64,000 bases of DNA from Microbotryum violaceum (Eukaryota): contig CDLV01000015.1 in assembly GCA_001244265.2 (NCBI GenBank), positions 310,001 through 374,000 on the forward strand. The letters are read 5' to 3'. The notes under the pieces were generated by a model that was not told where the DNA came from, did not search any database, and saw only the letters and a list, made by a program, of their open reading frames with translations. Below, in pieces: positions 49,456 through 62,746 of this stretch. A program made the translations under genes and the position numbers. Each line of letters opens with the position of its first letter. The stretch's first letter is position 1.

Positions 49456-52054
49456 ATGCTCGCCTCCCCCTCCGAGTGGTCCTTGTCAGCGGGAGCGCTG
49501 GTTGAGCGAGCCAGCGCTGAGGCCGTCGCCGCGCTTTGGCGCCGCCACGACACGTCGAGTTATACCGCCGCGGAAAAAGCCGAAATGCTGATCGACCCTT
49601 ATGAAGAGGCTCCTAAATGTAAGCTCGGCAGCTTTCTTCTCGGTTTTTCAGACTTGGGCCTATAAGAAGAGCTTTGGCAATCTTCTGGTGCTCGATCGGG
49701 GTTGTGTGTTATTCTTGGACCGTGTTTGAATCTTTATACCCTTCACAGACGCCCTCGCGGCGATTTATTTCATCCTCGCTGGGATTGGCTTGGCTGCCAT
49801 TGGGAATCTGTTCACCGTCTTGCGTCGGACTACGTCAGTACCTCTCCCTCATTTCGTATTATTATACTTGAACTAAATGTTCACTGCTTCTTCCTCCCAT
49901 TCAGTTTCGGCCGCCGCATCGCCGCGAACCGTGTCGTGCGCCGCTTCCGCGCAGGCTTTCGCTGGATCGCCTGTTCCCAACCCCGGGCGATCGGCTGGAT
50001 CCGCTTCCCTACCACAGGCACAATCCTCCTCATCTCCTCCTTCTGGATCTTCATCCTCGTATGGTCCCTCTCCATAACACCCTACTACCGTTCACGATGG
50101 AACGTCGGTTCTCCACCCTTAGCGATCCGAACCGGTCTTTTCGCCCTCGGCATCTTCCCCTTCATCCTCGCCTTTGGAGCCAAATGGAATTGGGTCACCT
50201 TCGTCACGGGATACAGTCATGAGAAGTTACAGGTCGTGCATCAGTGGTTATCGCATTTGTTCTTGGTCTTGTCCTTGTTGCATACATTCCCTTTCGTGAT
50301 GGCGGGGAGGGAGATTAGGCCTAATACGGATGGCAAAAACCCGCATCTTTACTCTCAAATATGTTAGTGCTCTTCACCCTAGTCCCCTCACCCATCCCCC
50401 CGACCATCCAGCTGACCAATCCCCTCTCTTCCTTTGTTGTACAGACTACTCCGGTTGGGTCGCCCATAAAGTCTACTATTGGTCTGGCATCGCCGCTCTC
50501 GTCCCCCTCGCTTGGCTCTGCTGGGGATCCGCCACCCCGCTCCGTAATCGCTTTTACGAAATCTTCAAATACCTTCACTTTGTTTCGGCGATCCTATTCT
50601 CGGGCTTTTTCTACATTCACTGTAATCGCGTGAGTTGGATTGCGTCAGGCTCCCAAGTCGTTCGATAGAGAGCTGATGGGAGACTGTTCGGTTCGGGATA
50701 GCTGTTGGGGTCTTGGCACTATCTCTGGGCCACCGCGATCCTCTGTGAGTCATTGTTCGCCTGTAGCTCTTCCTTTTGCTATCCATCCACTCACGTACCA
50801 CCGCCCACGCAGACCTCTCCTCCGTCATCATGCGCTTCGCCCTCCTATTCGTGCGGAACGGTCGCTCAATTCCCCGAGCGACCGTCGAGCTCCTCCCCGA
50901 ATCGACCGTACGCGTCCTCATCTCTTGCCCACCGGGTCATCGTTGGAAGGTGGGTCAACATGTGTTTCTCAACTTTATCAAGGCGCGACCGCTGGAAAGT
51001 CATCCGATTACCGTCGCCAATGCTCCTTGGTTGCATCCCAATGCCAAGGTCAGTCTTGATTGAGAGCTGGGTGCTGCGCATCCCCTAAGGGTAGAATATA
51101 ATGCGCTAACCTTCCTCACCCCATGCGCCCATGTTTTCCATCTAACGCCAGGCTGGTCCAAGAACCATGATGATGCTTCTCCGCATTTCCCCCCGCTCTG
51201 ACCTGGGACCCTCCCTCCTCGAATTAGCATCCACCGGCTCTTCCACTCCCGTCCTCATCGACGGTCCCTATGGTGGTCTCATGACCTCGGACCTAGGGGT
51301 GCATGAACATGTCGTCCTTCTTGCGGGTGGGGGTGGGGTCAGTTTCGTATCTTCAATATTGCAGGATTTGTGTGAGAGGAAGGCGAGGAATTTCGAGGGG
51401 ATTGCGACGAGGAAGGTTGAGGTTCATTGGGCGGTAAAGAATGAAGGTTTGTCAATGGTAAGGCGAGCTTAATTGGGTTCACCAGTGACTCATGTTGGGT
51501 TTCATTCTTTTGTTCGGACAGAGGCTCGCGCATGGCTCGATGATCACTTCGCTTCCGTCGTCGCCCTCGTTCCCGACGATTTCGTTCGCATCCATTTCTA
51601 CGTCACCAAGTCCGCCATCACATCTGACGACGTCGCCGAAGCCGCGATCGTTCCAGCAGTCCCGGCGATCGCGGAGGAGAAATCCGAGGCACACGAGTCG
51701 TTGAATTCGAAGCGATCTTTTACTTCAGGGTGCGTACCTCACACGCATTTCAAATTGGTCTTCGCCGTCCGCGGTAGCTAACCCCCCTTTTTACCCACTT
51801 TCCATCTCAACAGCTCTCCTACCCCTCTCTCCTATTTCACAACCCACCGTGGGCGACCCCAACTCCCTCTCCTACTCTCCCAAATATTCCTATCCTGCCC
51901 GTCTACCCAATCAGTCGGTATCGCCTCCTGCGGTCCTTCCGAGTTCACGACCGCCGTTCGGAACGCCGTTGCCAAGAGGCAGAAGGAGATTTTCCTTGGG
52001 GTTGCTGAGGGAGCTCAAGAGGTCAACCTACATACGGAGGAGTTTGATTGGTGA
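49456..52054 (+). CDS. Ferric reductase (FRE-family transmembrane oxidoreductase)
   Basis: SHEKLQVVHQW..LHT, YEIFKYLH..H, GQHVFL, ESHPITV (FAD), IDGPYG, LAGGGGVSF, HRGRP, HTEEFDW*. Confidence 0.92.
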
Positions 52055-52307
52055 GGAAATGCAGGGCGTGTCATCTCATACCGGGACTTCCCTTCTGTTC
52101 TGGGTCATCCTGAAGGGTGGGGTCCTGCTGAAGAGGAGAGGTTTTCGAGTTGTTCTTGGTAGTCTTTGGTATTATTTCTTTTTCTCATCTCTTGTGTATT
52201 TGTCGCCCACTCGGTAACACTTCACGACTCTCCCTTAGGCCTTTTTTCTGGTTTTCTTTTTGAACATGATAATTTGCAAAGATAAACCCCTCCCCAACTC
52301 TACTCCA

Positions 52308-55300
52308 TCAAGTTCCCCTCCCTTTCCCCTTCTTCCCACCCACCCCACTCCCACCCTCACCTTTCCCTTCCTCCATCTTCGCCAATTTAATATTCATCAC
52401 CTGATACCCGCCCAAAAACATCGAAGTCAAAACCGGTTTGCTCCCCTCCTCTTCCTCAAGCCCGACCACTTGCTCCACCTCGCTCTCCTCAACCTTAACT
52501 CTCACATTTCCCCAATCGACGTCCCTCCCTCCCTCCTCCGTCCTTAGACCATCACCATTCGAAAGTAATCTCTCCAACCTCTCCCCACTCTGATGCGAAA
52601 TAATAACCAACGGTACTAATCCATCTTGGTACTTCACAAGTTCTTCCGGTTCGGCAGAAGGGACGAATCCATCGTCCGAAACTTTTGGAGAATTGATGAT
52701 GATGACGCCTAAAGCTCCAACTTGATGAGCTAAGGCTGCTTTAAGGATGAAGTTGCATTCACCTCGGTGGAGGAGAAGGATGTGGCCTCGGAGGGGGGTG
52801 TGGGGTGTATCGGAGGTGAGGGATTGGAAGGAGCAGCCGAAGGGGGAGAAGGGGAGGAGGAGAAGGGGCAGAGAACGTTGGGAGAAGGAGAAGGGGAGGA
52901 CGGGGTCGTTCAAGGTTGGACCGAAGGAAGCGGCGATCCCGGGGAGGGTCATGACCGTTGTTGCGGGGGGTGGAATCGGGGATTGAACCCCGCCGGAGGA
53001 CGAGGTTGTTGATGATGATTCTGAGGTATCAAGGGGCAGCGGCTCGGTTAATTCGACCTTGATTTGAACCCGCTCGGGTCGGTTCACAGCAGTTGCTTTT
53101 CCCAATACCAGCGGATCGTCGATCACGATCGTCTGTCCCGGAGCGATTTGGTAAGGGCCGACCCTCGAGACTCTGTACTGATCAGGTCCCGAAGTATGTG
53201 TCCCCGTCCGAGTCAAGGCCAAGCGGAGGCCGTGGATGCGGTGAATGATCAGGCGATCGTTGGGGTGAGAGGCGCCGTTCACGGGTGGGCTTTGTGCTGG
53301 AGGTGATAATGATTCAATCATGTCCGGTCCGGGTGATATAACCTCATCCGCGACGTTGTGCGAGAACACGAGTTCGAGGGTGTAGGCCTGCTTGAGCAAA
53401 GATCCCATCAGCTCTGTCCTCGCTGGCAACCAGACGATGCAGGAAAGCAAGCTCACCTCCATCATTCCCGCATCACACCACCCATAGTGGAACCACAACC
53501 CGTTCCGAACCATCTGCTTCTCACTCCCCACATCAATCTCATGCCCAACGAGATACCTAGCCTGCTCAAAGTCGGTCCTAGTTCTCACCGAACTCAACAA
53601 ATAATGCTGATGTGTGTCCGTCCCCATCGGATCATGGCGAGGGCATATCGGCGCACGACTGGACTGTGTCGACGATGAAGAATTTTGGGTGCTTGAGGGC
53701 TTAGATTTGGAAGTTTTCCGCCTCCTCTTCTTGGGCTTCGGTCGATCAACCAGTTCGAGCATGTGCGCTTCGGTCGAAAAGACCATGTTGGAATCGTCAT
53801 GGTTCCATGGATTCCCTTCGTCAAAAGTGAGATAAAGATATTTGAGGGTCTACCAGGTCATGGCGCGGTGAGATCAGCTCGCGTGCTCGGAGGCTGGTCT
53901 GCGGAACACAAATCACTGACCTCGGAAGTGAAGAAACTCGGCATCTTGTCCTCGCGTTCACCCGAGATGATGTTGAGAAGGGAAGCTGCGCCACAGGTGA
54001 CTTTGACGCGCGAGATGAGGTCTTGAAGGATCTCTTCCGCCATCTCGAGGTACCAGTCGTCTTTGGTCGCTCGGTAGAGGTAATAGTTCGACTCTATGAA
54101 CTCGGGTCGAAGAGGGTACACTTCATGCACGAGGGGTCAGACCGACTCAGTTTTGCCGCCTCGTCACGTTCAACACCCTCTCCTCTCTCGGACTGACCAA
54201 GGTTCACAGCCATCCGTTTACTGATATCGAAAACCTCTGGCAAAGCATGGTATCGTTTCCACTGAAAGGCGTAAATGGCGTGGGCCTTGATCGCGGCGTC
54301 GATGTCCCCGACAAGCGTTTGTAGGCCGGGGAAGAAAGCGGACAATGAGTCGACCTGGTAGTTGGCGATTTGTCCCGTGTGCATGTTGACAGGGCGGTAC
54401 TACGGATGCAAGGCAGCTTCAGTATCGGCGAAACGAGACGGCCAGTATCGAGCCGATGGGCGCAATTCGTACGCACCCAAAAACCATCAGGGGCTCGGAC
54501 ATGCGTCATGATCGCAGCGTACATGTCGTTCCACACTCTCAAATATTCGTCATCCCCAAGCAGAATATATGACTTGGCCGCATATCTGAGGAAGCGCCGT
54601 AATGAGTTCAGTTCCCGCCCGGACGAGACCAATCGAAGATCTACGATAAAGACTCACTCAAATATCGAATCAATCCCCGCTCCCGTTGAAGTAGCGGTGG
54701 TCAACCACTTGCCATCATTCGCCATGATCGAGTTGCCCACCAATCCCAAATCACTCTTCTGATTCCACACCGCAAAGAAGGCCTTCTTGGCCTTGTCCTC
54801 GTAAACCTGCTTGCCCGTCAATTTCGACAAGGTCGCGAACTCTAGCAAGAGCGACCCTGCGCCTGCAGAACAGGTTTCGGTCGATTCGAACCTCTTGACG
54901 CCTTGCCGGAGATGAACGCGAGCATATGGTATCCCCGTGCGGGTTTTGAAGGCCGGTAAGAGGCGTCGGCCTAGATCGTCGGCAAGGTCGAGCATTTCGT
55001 TCCGGTACCACGGAAGGTAGAATCCTCTGGTCCGAGAGGTGGCGAGGATATGGCTCGATAGCTATGTGACGGATATCGCATGATCAGTGCTGAATACTCG
55101 TTTCAGGTCCAATTGACGACGCACCAGTCCCCCGAGCTGTGGAACGGCAAGTATTCGGAGAGATCAGTTTTGACGGATGAGCTCTGCTCGACGACTCTGG
55201 AAAAACTGACCATTCGTATTGTCACTTCAAAGACCTGGACTTTTGCATCCCTGTCAAAGTTGACCGTCTCGATCACTTCCTTGACGCCTTGTTCGAATTT

Positions 55301-55713
55301 GTCCTTCTCGCCCAAAATCTGCGCCGAGGTGATCACCGAGGAAAGGTCAACCCCAGATAAAAAGGTGACGTGGCATTGATGATTGAGAACGCCTAGAGAC
55401 TGACGGCAAAGCTGTCGAGTGTATCGACCAAGGTCAACTGAAAGTCGCCAAAGACGTCATTGTCAAAGACGTTCTGATGTGTGCGATTGACGCCTACGCC
55501 TTGACAGGACAAGGGTTTGAGTTCGTCTAGAGGATAGGCATGGCGCTTGTAGGCGTCGTAGGAATGGTGGAAGAGCGAGCGCGTCTGTTCTCGTAGTTGA
55601 AGCTTGCGTTTGGACGAGAAGAGAGCCGAGGTCGGGGCGGAGAGGTGCGAGAAGACGAGAAAAACGAAGAGTAGTATTGGCAGTGTTGACCTGGGTTGAG
55701 CGTGGTGGCCCAT
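52308..55713 (-). CDS. MNL1: GH47 ER-degradation alpha-mannosidase-like protein (Mnl1/EDEM) with PA domain
   Basis: Signal peptide; AYPLDELKPLSC, TLVDTLDS, VFEVTIR, AGAGSLLLEF, GAGIDS, YPLRPEFIES, DKMPSFFTSE, VFSTEAH; PA motif RGECNF. Confidence 0.9.
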
Positions 55714-56312
55714 GATGGCCGAGCTGGTGCAACTGGCCGAGTCGAATCCCGGTCCGTCTGACCGAATCGACAGCTACCTTCGTACTCGACACAGGTCTAG
55801 TTCCGACTTGACTTCCAACGAGGGTATAATCCAATGTGATGCTGGGCATGCAATCTATGCTGCGTTGAAATCCAGTCGCAGAAGGTGGTACGACCGAGTG
55901 AGTCGCAGCCGAGGCTCGCACTGCCTGGTATGCGCGGAGTGTCGTCGACGACCGACGACGATGACGGAGCGAAGGGGTCGTGCGAGACACCGAAGAAGAC
56001 GAGTCGGCTTGCTCGATGGCCGGGTGCGACCCAAGTGGTGGGGTGGCAGCAGCTATTGCTTTTAGCCGAGAACGCGCACGAGGCGCCGATCGAGAAGGCG
56101 TACGACCGACACAAGCAATCGACGTCGCACAAACGACAGGAGAGTCGCAGATAGTCCGCGAGCTGTGCTGAGCTGTCTGTCGAACTGGCGCAGAGTCGCG
56201 CGTGCGATGACGGCACCACCGCGCTTGTCCTCGGCCCAGCTCACACTCACACACCACACCACCCGATTACGACCCCCGAGCGCGTTGCTCCTCCGTTGCT
56301 CCTTTCCGATCA

Positions 56313-57752
56313 ATGGCAGATCAAGCCACAGAACAGTCGACGTCGACTCGGATCACCCAAAGACACTTGATCGACGCCATCGCCAAGCTAGACGAGGCCT
56401 TCCAACCGTCCACCTCCACCTCGTCCTCGTCCTCGTCGTTGCGGAGCTCGTCCAACACGACTTGCACAGCTCGCAAGAGGTGCGCGCAGACCTTTGCGTC
56501 TATCGCATGTATGGCCAAGCTGACAACACCCTCGCGAACCCCTCGCAGACCACGTTCCGCCTCAAGTCATCACTCGACCGCTGCTCTCGAAGCCTTACTC
56601 CCCACCACTTCCCACCACCGTGGACCTGCATCCGATTCCTCCTCCCTCCCGAAACCGCCCACCTATGAGCCCACCTCTCTCCCCTCCCTGATCTCCCGTA
56701 TTCGCACCTACCGCTCCACCACCTTCACCCCCGGCAAACCGTCCTCCTTGGACGCGCTGCACTGCGCTCTCCTCGGCTGGGTGTCCCACAAAACCCAAAG
56801 GGACCAAATTGAATGTACGACCTGTCATGCCCTCCTCTCCGTCGCGCCTTTACCGAGTCCGCATACGTGGAGTTCCGAACCGGGGCGACTGTTGGCTCAG
56901 AGGTACGAGGGGGAATTGAGGTTGGCTCATCTGAGGACGTGTCCTTGGAGGGTCAAGGGGGCTTCGTTGAGGTTGTATCGACTCCCTCAGTGGGGGAGGA
57001 AGGCGTTGATACAGGAATTGGGGCAACAGGCCAAAGAGCTGCAGCAGACGTTGGGCGATTTGCACGGGTTGACACTCCAAGGTCCCTCGGGTGAACCACA
57101 CCGCGTCGCACTTCGGCACTGCTTCGACATTCTTCAACAGGGCTTTTCCAGTGCCGACGAAATGACACGAGAGCATCTTTTCCTAGCACTATTCGGGTGG
57201 TCAGCACCTGCAACCACACCCGTACCCAGCGCACCCTCCACAACCCCGATACTTGAATGTCGTTACTGCACCCGGACCGTCCTCCTCTCGCCCCACTTGT
57301 CGACCCCATCGAAACCCTTCGACCTGATTCAACAACACCAATCCTTCTGTCCCTACGTCTCCCATCTACCCATGGACGATGTAGGACTCGTCAACCCTGT
57401 CCAGAGTAAGGCAGGTTGGGAGACACGCATCGACACGATTTTGCAACGCAAGTCGAGAGGAGGCGCGACTTTGAACTCGACGCCCACGGGGAGTCAAGGA
57501 TCGAACAACGAGTCATTAGGAGCGTTCGAATGGTTGAATAAGAAACATACCTCGTCGACAATCGCTTCCGAGGACGCTTCGGGACCCATGGAGATCGTGA
57601 CGACGGGAGTGAGTTCCTCTTAGCTTTTTCGCCCTGGATCCCACATCGTGACTTCGAGATCTGACCTAGGTTTGCAACTTGGATCCGTAGCAAACGAGGG
57701 AGTTGTTGAATCACGTGAGAACATTGTTGGGGCCGCGAACGTCACCGAGTAG
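56313..57752 (+). CDS. zf-C3HC/Rsm1 protein (NIPA/Pml39-like)
   Basis: LISRIRTY..CALLGW..CTTC..H...CPWR; LALFGW..CRYCTR..FDLIQQHQSFCPY. Confidence 0.85.
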
Positions 57753-58248
57753 AACCCGGGTTCAGTAGTCGAAATTAGAATGCAATCGGAATCGATTGCG
57801 CAGTCGAACAAGGTTTGCCTTGACGCTTCCATTCAAGATTTCCGAGTGACCGCCGCGGGCTTTGCTTAGCATCGGTACGAGTCGACTTTTCCTGAATCTT
57901 TCCACCTAAGTCGTTGATATTCACAGCGCGCAACAATAATAATTTAAAGCTAGGGGACCAAACTTGACGGATGCCGTAAAAGGACTTGAGAGTAAAAGGA
58001 GCGTGATTGGCGGATCGCCAAGACGGGATCGGATTTCAGGACGAGAAAAGGAAACAAGGCATAACTCGGGGGCTCAGATGGGAGGGAAGCGGAGTAGAGA
58101 GGTCGGCGAATAAAGACAGAGAGTAAATGTAGACTCGGTCCGGAGTCGTTCAGGCCACTTGGGAAGGTCGTGGTGTTCTCGGGAAGGCCAGCTTCCGTTC
58201 GAAACACTGCGTCCGAGGACCTGGGGACGTGAGGCGCGGTGAAGATGC

Positions 58249-60652
58249 TTACTTTCGGTGAGACGGATGGCTGCGGTGGTGCTTGCGACGGTAGTGGTGG
58301 TTGACTTTGTGCGGCCTCTTGATGCCTTGGTGCTGTGGAACAGCGGCAAGGGAGGGGGCGCCTGAACTGCTGGAATGACCGGGACCATGATGCCGATGCT
58401 TACGAGAGGAGGCGGAAGCGACAGAGTGCTGATGAGAGGAAGAGGAAGAGTGGGAGCCACTTTGACCCGTCTTCTTGATGCCACCACTCTGGGTGCCGCC
58501 ACTCGGCTTGGTTTGCTGGGACCCCGGTTGGCCAGTCGCCTGGCGGAATACAGGGGTAGACTTCACCTGCGGCTTCACGTTTTGGATTAAGCTCAACTCG
58601 GCTTGCATGGCCGTCTATGGGCAGTCAGCAAAAAGACAGAAGAATAATTAGGTGCCGTCCATTTTCTCAATACGTAATCAAGCACAACAACTGGGATTAC
58701 CTACGGGTATGACACCATACGTATGGGCTCCCCGCCCTCCTGTGAATGTGATCGTTTCCAGACCCATCGGATTGGTGGGGCACTGCTCGCCGAACACCGT
58801 CATAATACTGATTGCAGTTTGAGTCAGGGTGAATTGATTATTGCCCAAGAAGCGCACGTTGTTGATCACAACACCGCTGGTAGGAGGCTGCCCTTGGCTG
58901 CCGTCGTTGGTGTAGTCTGAATTCGGGGGATGGCAGATGTGCCGGTGAAATTTTGCCCGACGCGGTCAAGCAAACCTTGACGAGATCAACTCACTTTGTT
59001 GCAGTATGACGCCAAAACGTTGGATATCCGTTCCCTGCATCACGAGTAATCGGTAAATTTTCAGAATGACGTTAATTAATCCGCAGCATCTGAGAGCGCG
59101 ACCTACCACATTGCTCTCGTATGTGATGCCATCGACGATCGCGTTCTTAGCGTCTTTCATGGTCTTGACCCTCACGCCGTTCACTGTTTTATCGAGGTGG
59201 TTGAAAGCGATGCTGACGTTGGTGACCTTAGCATACCTGATAGTTGAATGGACCGCAGCAATGAGAGCTCGGGAGATCAATCACTGGGGTCGGCCGAGGG
59301 AGCTCGGATGTCTAAAGCTCCGCATCAAGCTAACTTACGATCGGACAGATCCAATGGAAATGCCGTGACCCCCGTGACATGTGTTGTTGTGGACTTTGAT
59401 TGCGCTGCCCTCGCTAATTGCGATGCAATCCTGGAGGCGAGGAGATCATAAAGGAAGTGTCAGCCCTGCCATCGAACGGCAAATCAATTCAGTTTACTTG
59501 GCGTGTGCTCACATCTTGACAAGTGATGGTGCATCCGGTGATTTCGAGGGGGGCCTGCGCTTTCACATCCATACCATCGGTACTGCAAGACCACTAAAAC
59601 ATCAGCGTATCACTCAAAAGCATAGTCGATTGCTCGCACCGTCCACATGGTCGAGGATGTGACCTTCGCCTCGAGACTTACTTGACCGCGCGACCTTGGC
59701 CGGCAGAATTGTCGACGTTGACATTGCGAACGATAAGGCTGCCTAGGTTGCCGATGAAAATGGCTTGACGAGGGGAATTAACAACGGACAGGTCTTGAAC
59801 GCTTCCGCTACACATTAACCCCAACACTGGCGTCGGTACGTCGTACAAGACTGGTCGGAAATGGATCGCCAACTACGGTCAGCAGCCCGCCGTCGCAGCG
59901 AGTCCCAAAACCTTAACTGACTTGGTCCGGTCTAGGAATGGACACAAGCGCGTGGGCGGATAATCCTGATTAAGCCAAAACAAAAACAAAAACAATCAAA
60001 CAGCCTGTTTAGGCACTCACGGATGGGGGCCTGGACACAAACCCTTAAAGCATGATGAGCGGTCTGCTCTGGTCGACCCGTTGCTTACACCGATGTCGCG
60101 GGACGAACTCACCAGTACTTTTGACCGTTGGCCACGATTTTATGATTGTTCCCCATGAACGTGATATTCTGGCCTTTGACTAGGTTGGTGAGAAGGTTAC
60201 GAAGAATGAAATTCAAGTCAAGAGCATGTCAATTGGGTGACAGGAGACACTTCAATGCGACTTACTGTATATCATGTGCCCATTCTGTTCTTTGTAATTG
60301 TCGAATGTGATATCACCAGCTAGATTGCCAGAAATGTGACACACACATAGGGGAACGTAGGGCAAAGTGATCAGCCTTCGTGTCACAGGCGTGGATCAGG
60401 GGCCAAAGGGCTCTCCGTACTCATATGGACCGTCGCGCCCGGGCACAGCTCCAGCCCCAACGTCTTTCTTGACGTGACGGTGAAGCCACCGAGATGAACC
60501 TCTTTGCATCTGATGGCGTTGACAACATCGGATTCTTCCCTGATCACGCCGAGGCAGTTCTGACAGACCGGTTGACCGGCGAACACGACGGTCGGAAGTA
60601 GTAGCGAAGCCAGGGTGACCATGCCGAGCACATTCGGGCCGTGCATCAGCAT
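58249..60652 (-). CDS. Secreted GH28 polygalacturonase with basic His-rich C-terminal tail; many introns
   Basis: Signal peptide; NSPRQAI, TDGMDV, DCIAI, GGHGISIG, GVRVKT motifs. Confidence 0.88.
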
Positions 60653-61073
60653 CTTCACAGAAAATGGTGGTTGGCGTCGAAGGGAGAAAGAGCGTCGATA
60701 ATGAGAGTTCGAGAGGGGAGAGGGAGGCGGTGAAGCAGATGATATGTGGGAAGGAGAACAAGAGCGAAAGAGAGGACGGGCTGAAACCTGAGAGGGCATT
60801 CCCTCGGCATATTGCACGCGGTACGAGTGGACTTCTGTATTTTACTCGCCTGTTTTCGGGGATGGTGGGGCTTTAAGGAATGAAACCAGCTGTTGCGACA
60901 GGGGTGAGCACAAGCTCTGAACGCGCGAAGCGTGTGACGTCGTCAGGACTCAGGAGATCGGTCGGGAAGTTGCAGGGGTCGGTGTTTCATCGAACTGAAC
61001 AGAGCAATGTTTATCAAACTGGATAGGACGATTCTATGAAAAGCAAGAAATTTAGCAGAGTCAAAGTATCGTT

Positions 61074-61199
61074 CCTTTTCAGTTTCCTTTTCAGCTGGAG
61101 TAAGCACTGACCACCCCTTTTCAGTTTCCTTTTCAGCTGGAGTAAGCACTGACCACCCCTTTTCAGTTTCCTTTTCAGCTGGAGTAAGCACTGACCACC
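61074..61199. repeat. 3 x 42-bp perfect tandem repeat CCTTTTCAGTTTCCTTTTCAGCTGGAGTAAGCACTGACCACC
   Basis: Read directly from the sequence. Confidence 0.95.
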
Positions 61200-61914
61200 C
61201 GACCAGACTTTGCGAGACCAGAAACTTGAGCAAGCTACTCGCAGTCGAAAGAAAGGACCTTGCGGATGTCTCGCCTCTTGCTTTTCCGAGCTGACACCGA
61301 TATTTAGTTTTGAGGAGGTTCAGGCGTGGCAGCTTTCGCCTCCTATGCTCGCTTGGGCCGTCGATCTGCAACGCTGCGCGGCTGCGCTTGATCGGTGACG
61401 CAAGGCGTGCGGATAAACTCACCAACCGTCGCGTGTCAAGCCGAACACATGGTAACAGTCGTTCCAATTTCTGGTGTCAACGCGCTGCGGTCTTCCCGGT
61501 CGGTTAGGCATCGGTCTCACCTCCTTGGACTGAGTAGGTGCTGCCATTCGTGTCACCGTTCACATCGGCGAATTGTTGTGACTCTATTACGATCGGCAGC
61601 CTGATTCTTGCCGCCGCCGGTCGTCCGATCCATGATCGACCCCGGCCCCTGACCAAATGCCGCGCTTGCTATGCAGGACTTGCCGCACGCCCAGGAAAAG
61701 CATAGTTTATCCCCACAGCCGCTGGACGTGCTATACTTCCTTTCAAAAGTCGATCCCCGCTTAGTTTCGCTCTCCCAAGGGGCCCCGCTGCTTTATAGTC
61801 CCTAATCGCACACTCGGGAACGCTCGAGTCGGCGATCCCACCTCGTCGCGGTTCGTGCCTGCTCTCAACGTCCGGCAATCCGGCAACCCGACACGCCTCT
61901 CCACGAAACCCACC

Positions 61915-62586
61915 ATGTCACACAAGCCGTTGAACGTCTCTTCCCCACGATCGCAACAGTCCTCCCCCTCTTCCCAACCCTTCTCGTCGCTCCCCACATT
62001 ACCCAACACGAACACGTTAGCGATCAGTCCACGCAGCGCGTCCGTACCCCATTCGCCTCCCCTCAGCGCTGGCGGAGCGGCCAACCGTTTTGGGAGCAGC
62101 TCGCCCCCACGATCAACGTCTAATGTTGGGCTGGGGTTGGGTCTGCCCAAGTCGCCTCGGCTTGGGGTGGGGACAGCTAGATTGGCGTTGAACGATGACG
62201 AGATGACGCAGGTGACGAACCCGCAGGAGTTAACGAGCTATGTACGCCATGCGTGGGACTGCTCGTACCTCCATCCTTTCAAATATGGACCAAATCTAAT
62301 GCCTTCTTCGTACTCGCAGGTTGATAAGCTGTTGAACGACCTCGAGGCCAGGTTCGACGGGATGAGTGCGGACGTTCTCTCGCGACGTAGGTCGTCCTCA
62401 ACCAGTCCACTCGAGCTCTCCTATTTGATACACTTTGTTCTTCCAACAGTAACATCCCTCTCAACACGTGTTGACTCGCTCGAAACCTCCATCTCGGATC
62501 TCATGTCCGGCAACGCGAGTGTCGCGTTAGGGCCCGGTACCGAATCAGGCGCCTCGTCACCAACCGCTGAGAAATCAACAACCTAG
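61915..62586 (+). CDS. HSBP1: Heat shock factor-binding protein 1 with Ser/Pro-rich N-terminal extension
   Basis: Spliced ELTSYVDKLLNDLEARFDGMSADVLSRLTSLSTRVDSLETSISDLM. Confidence 0.85.
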   Translation: MSHKPLNVSSPRSQQSSPSSQPFSSLPTLPNTNTLAISPRSASVPHSPPLSAGGAANRFGSSSPPRSTSNVGLGLGLPKSPRLGVGTARLALNDDEMTQVTNPQELTSYVRHAWDCSYLHPFKYGPNLMPSSYSQVDKLLNDLEARFDGMSADVLSRRRSSSTSPLELSYLIHFVLPTVTSLSTRVDSLETSISDLMSGNASVALGPGTESGASSPTAEKSTT

Positions 62587-62746
62587 GTATGATGGAGGGG
62601 TCCTATTTCTTCTTTCGAAACCCAGTCTTTGTTTGTACGAGTGTATGTTGTAAACATTTCGTTTGGTCATCTCAAGCTCAAGGAGGGCTGTCTGTGACGA
62701 CCTTCAATTCAATTCAAGCCGAGTCAAACTGGCACCACCTCCCGGC

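Noticed and set aside
61074-61199. CRISPR-like array, or the 174-aa repeat ORF 60943-61467 as a gene
   Set aside because: Head-to-tail repeats without spacers in a eukaryote; the ORF is open mainly because the unit is 3n and has no recognisable motif
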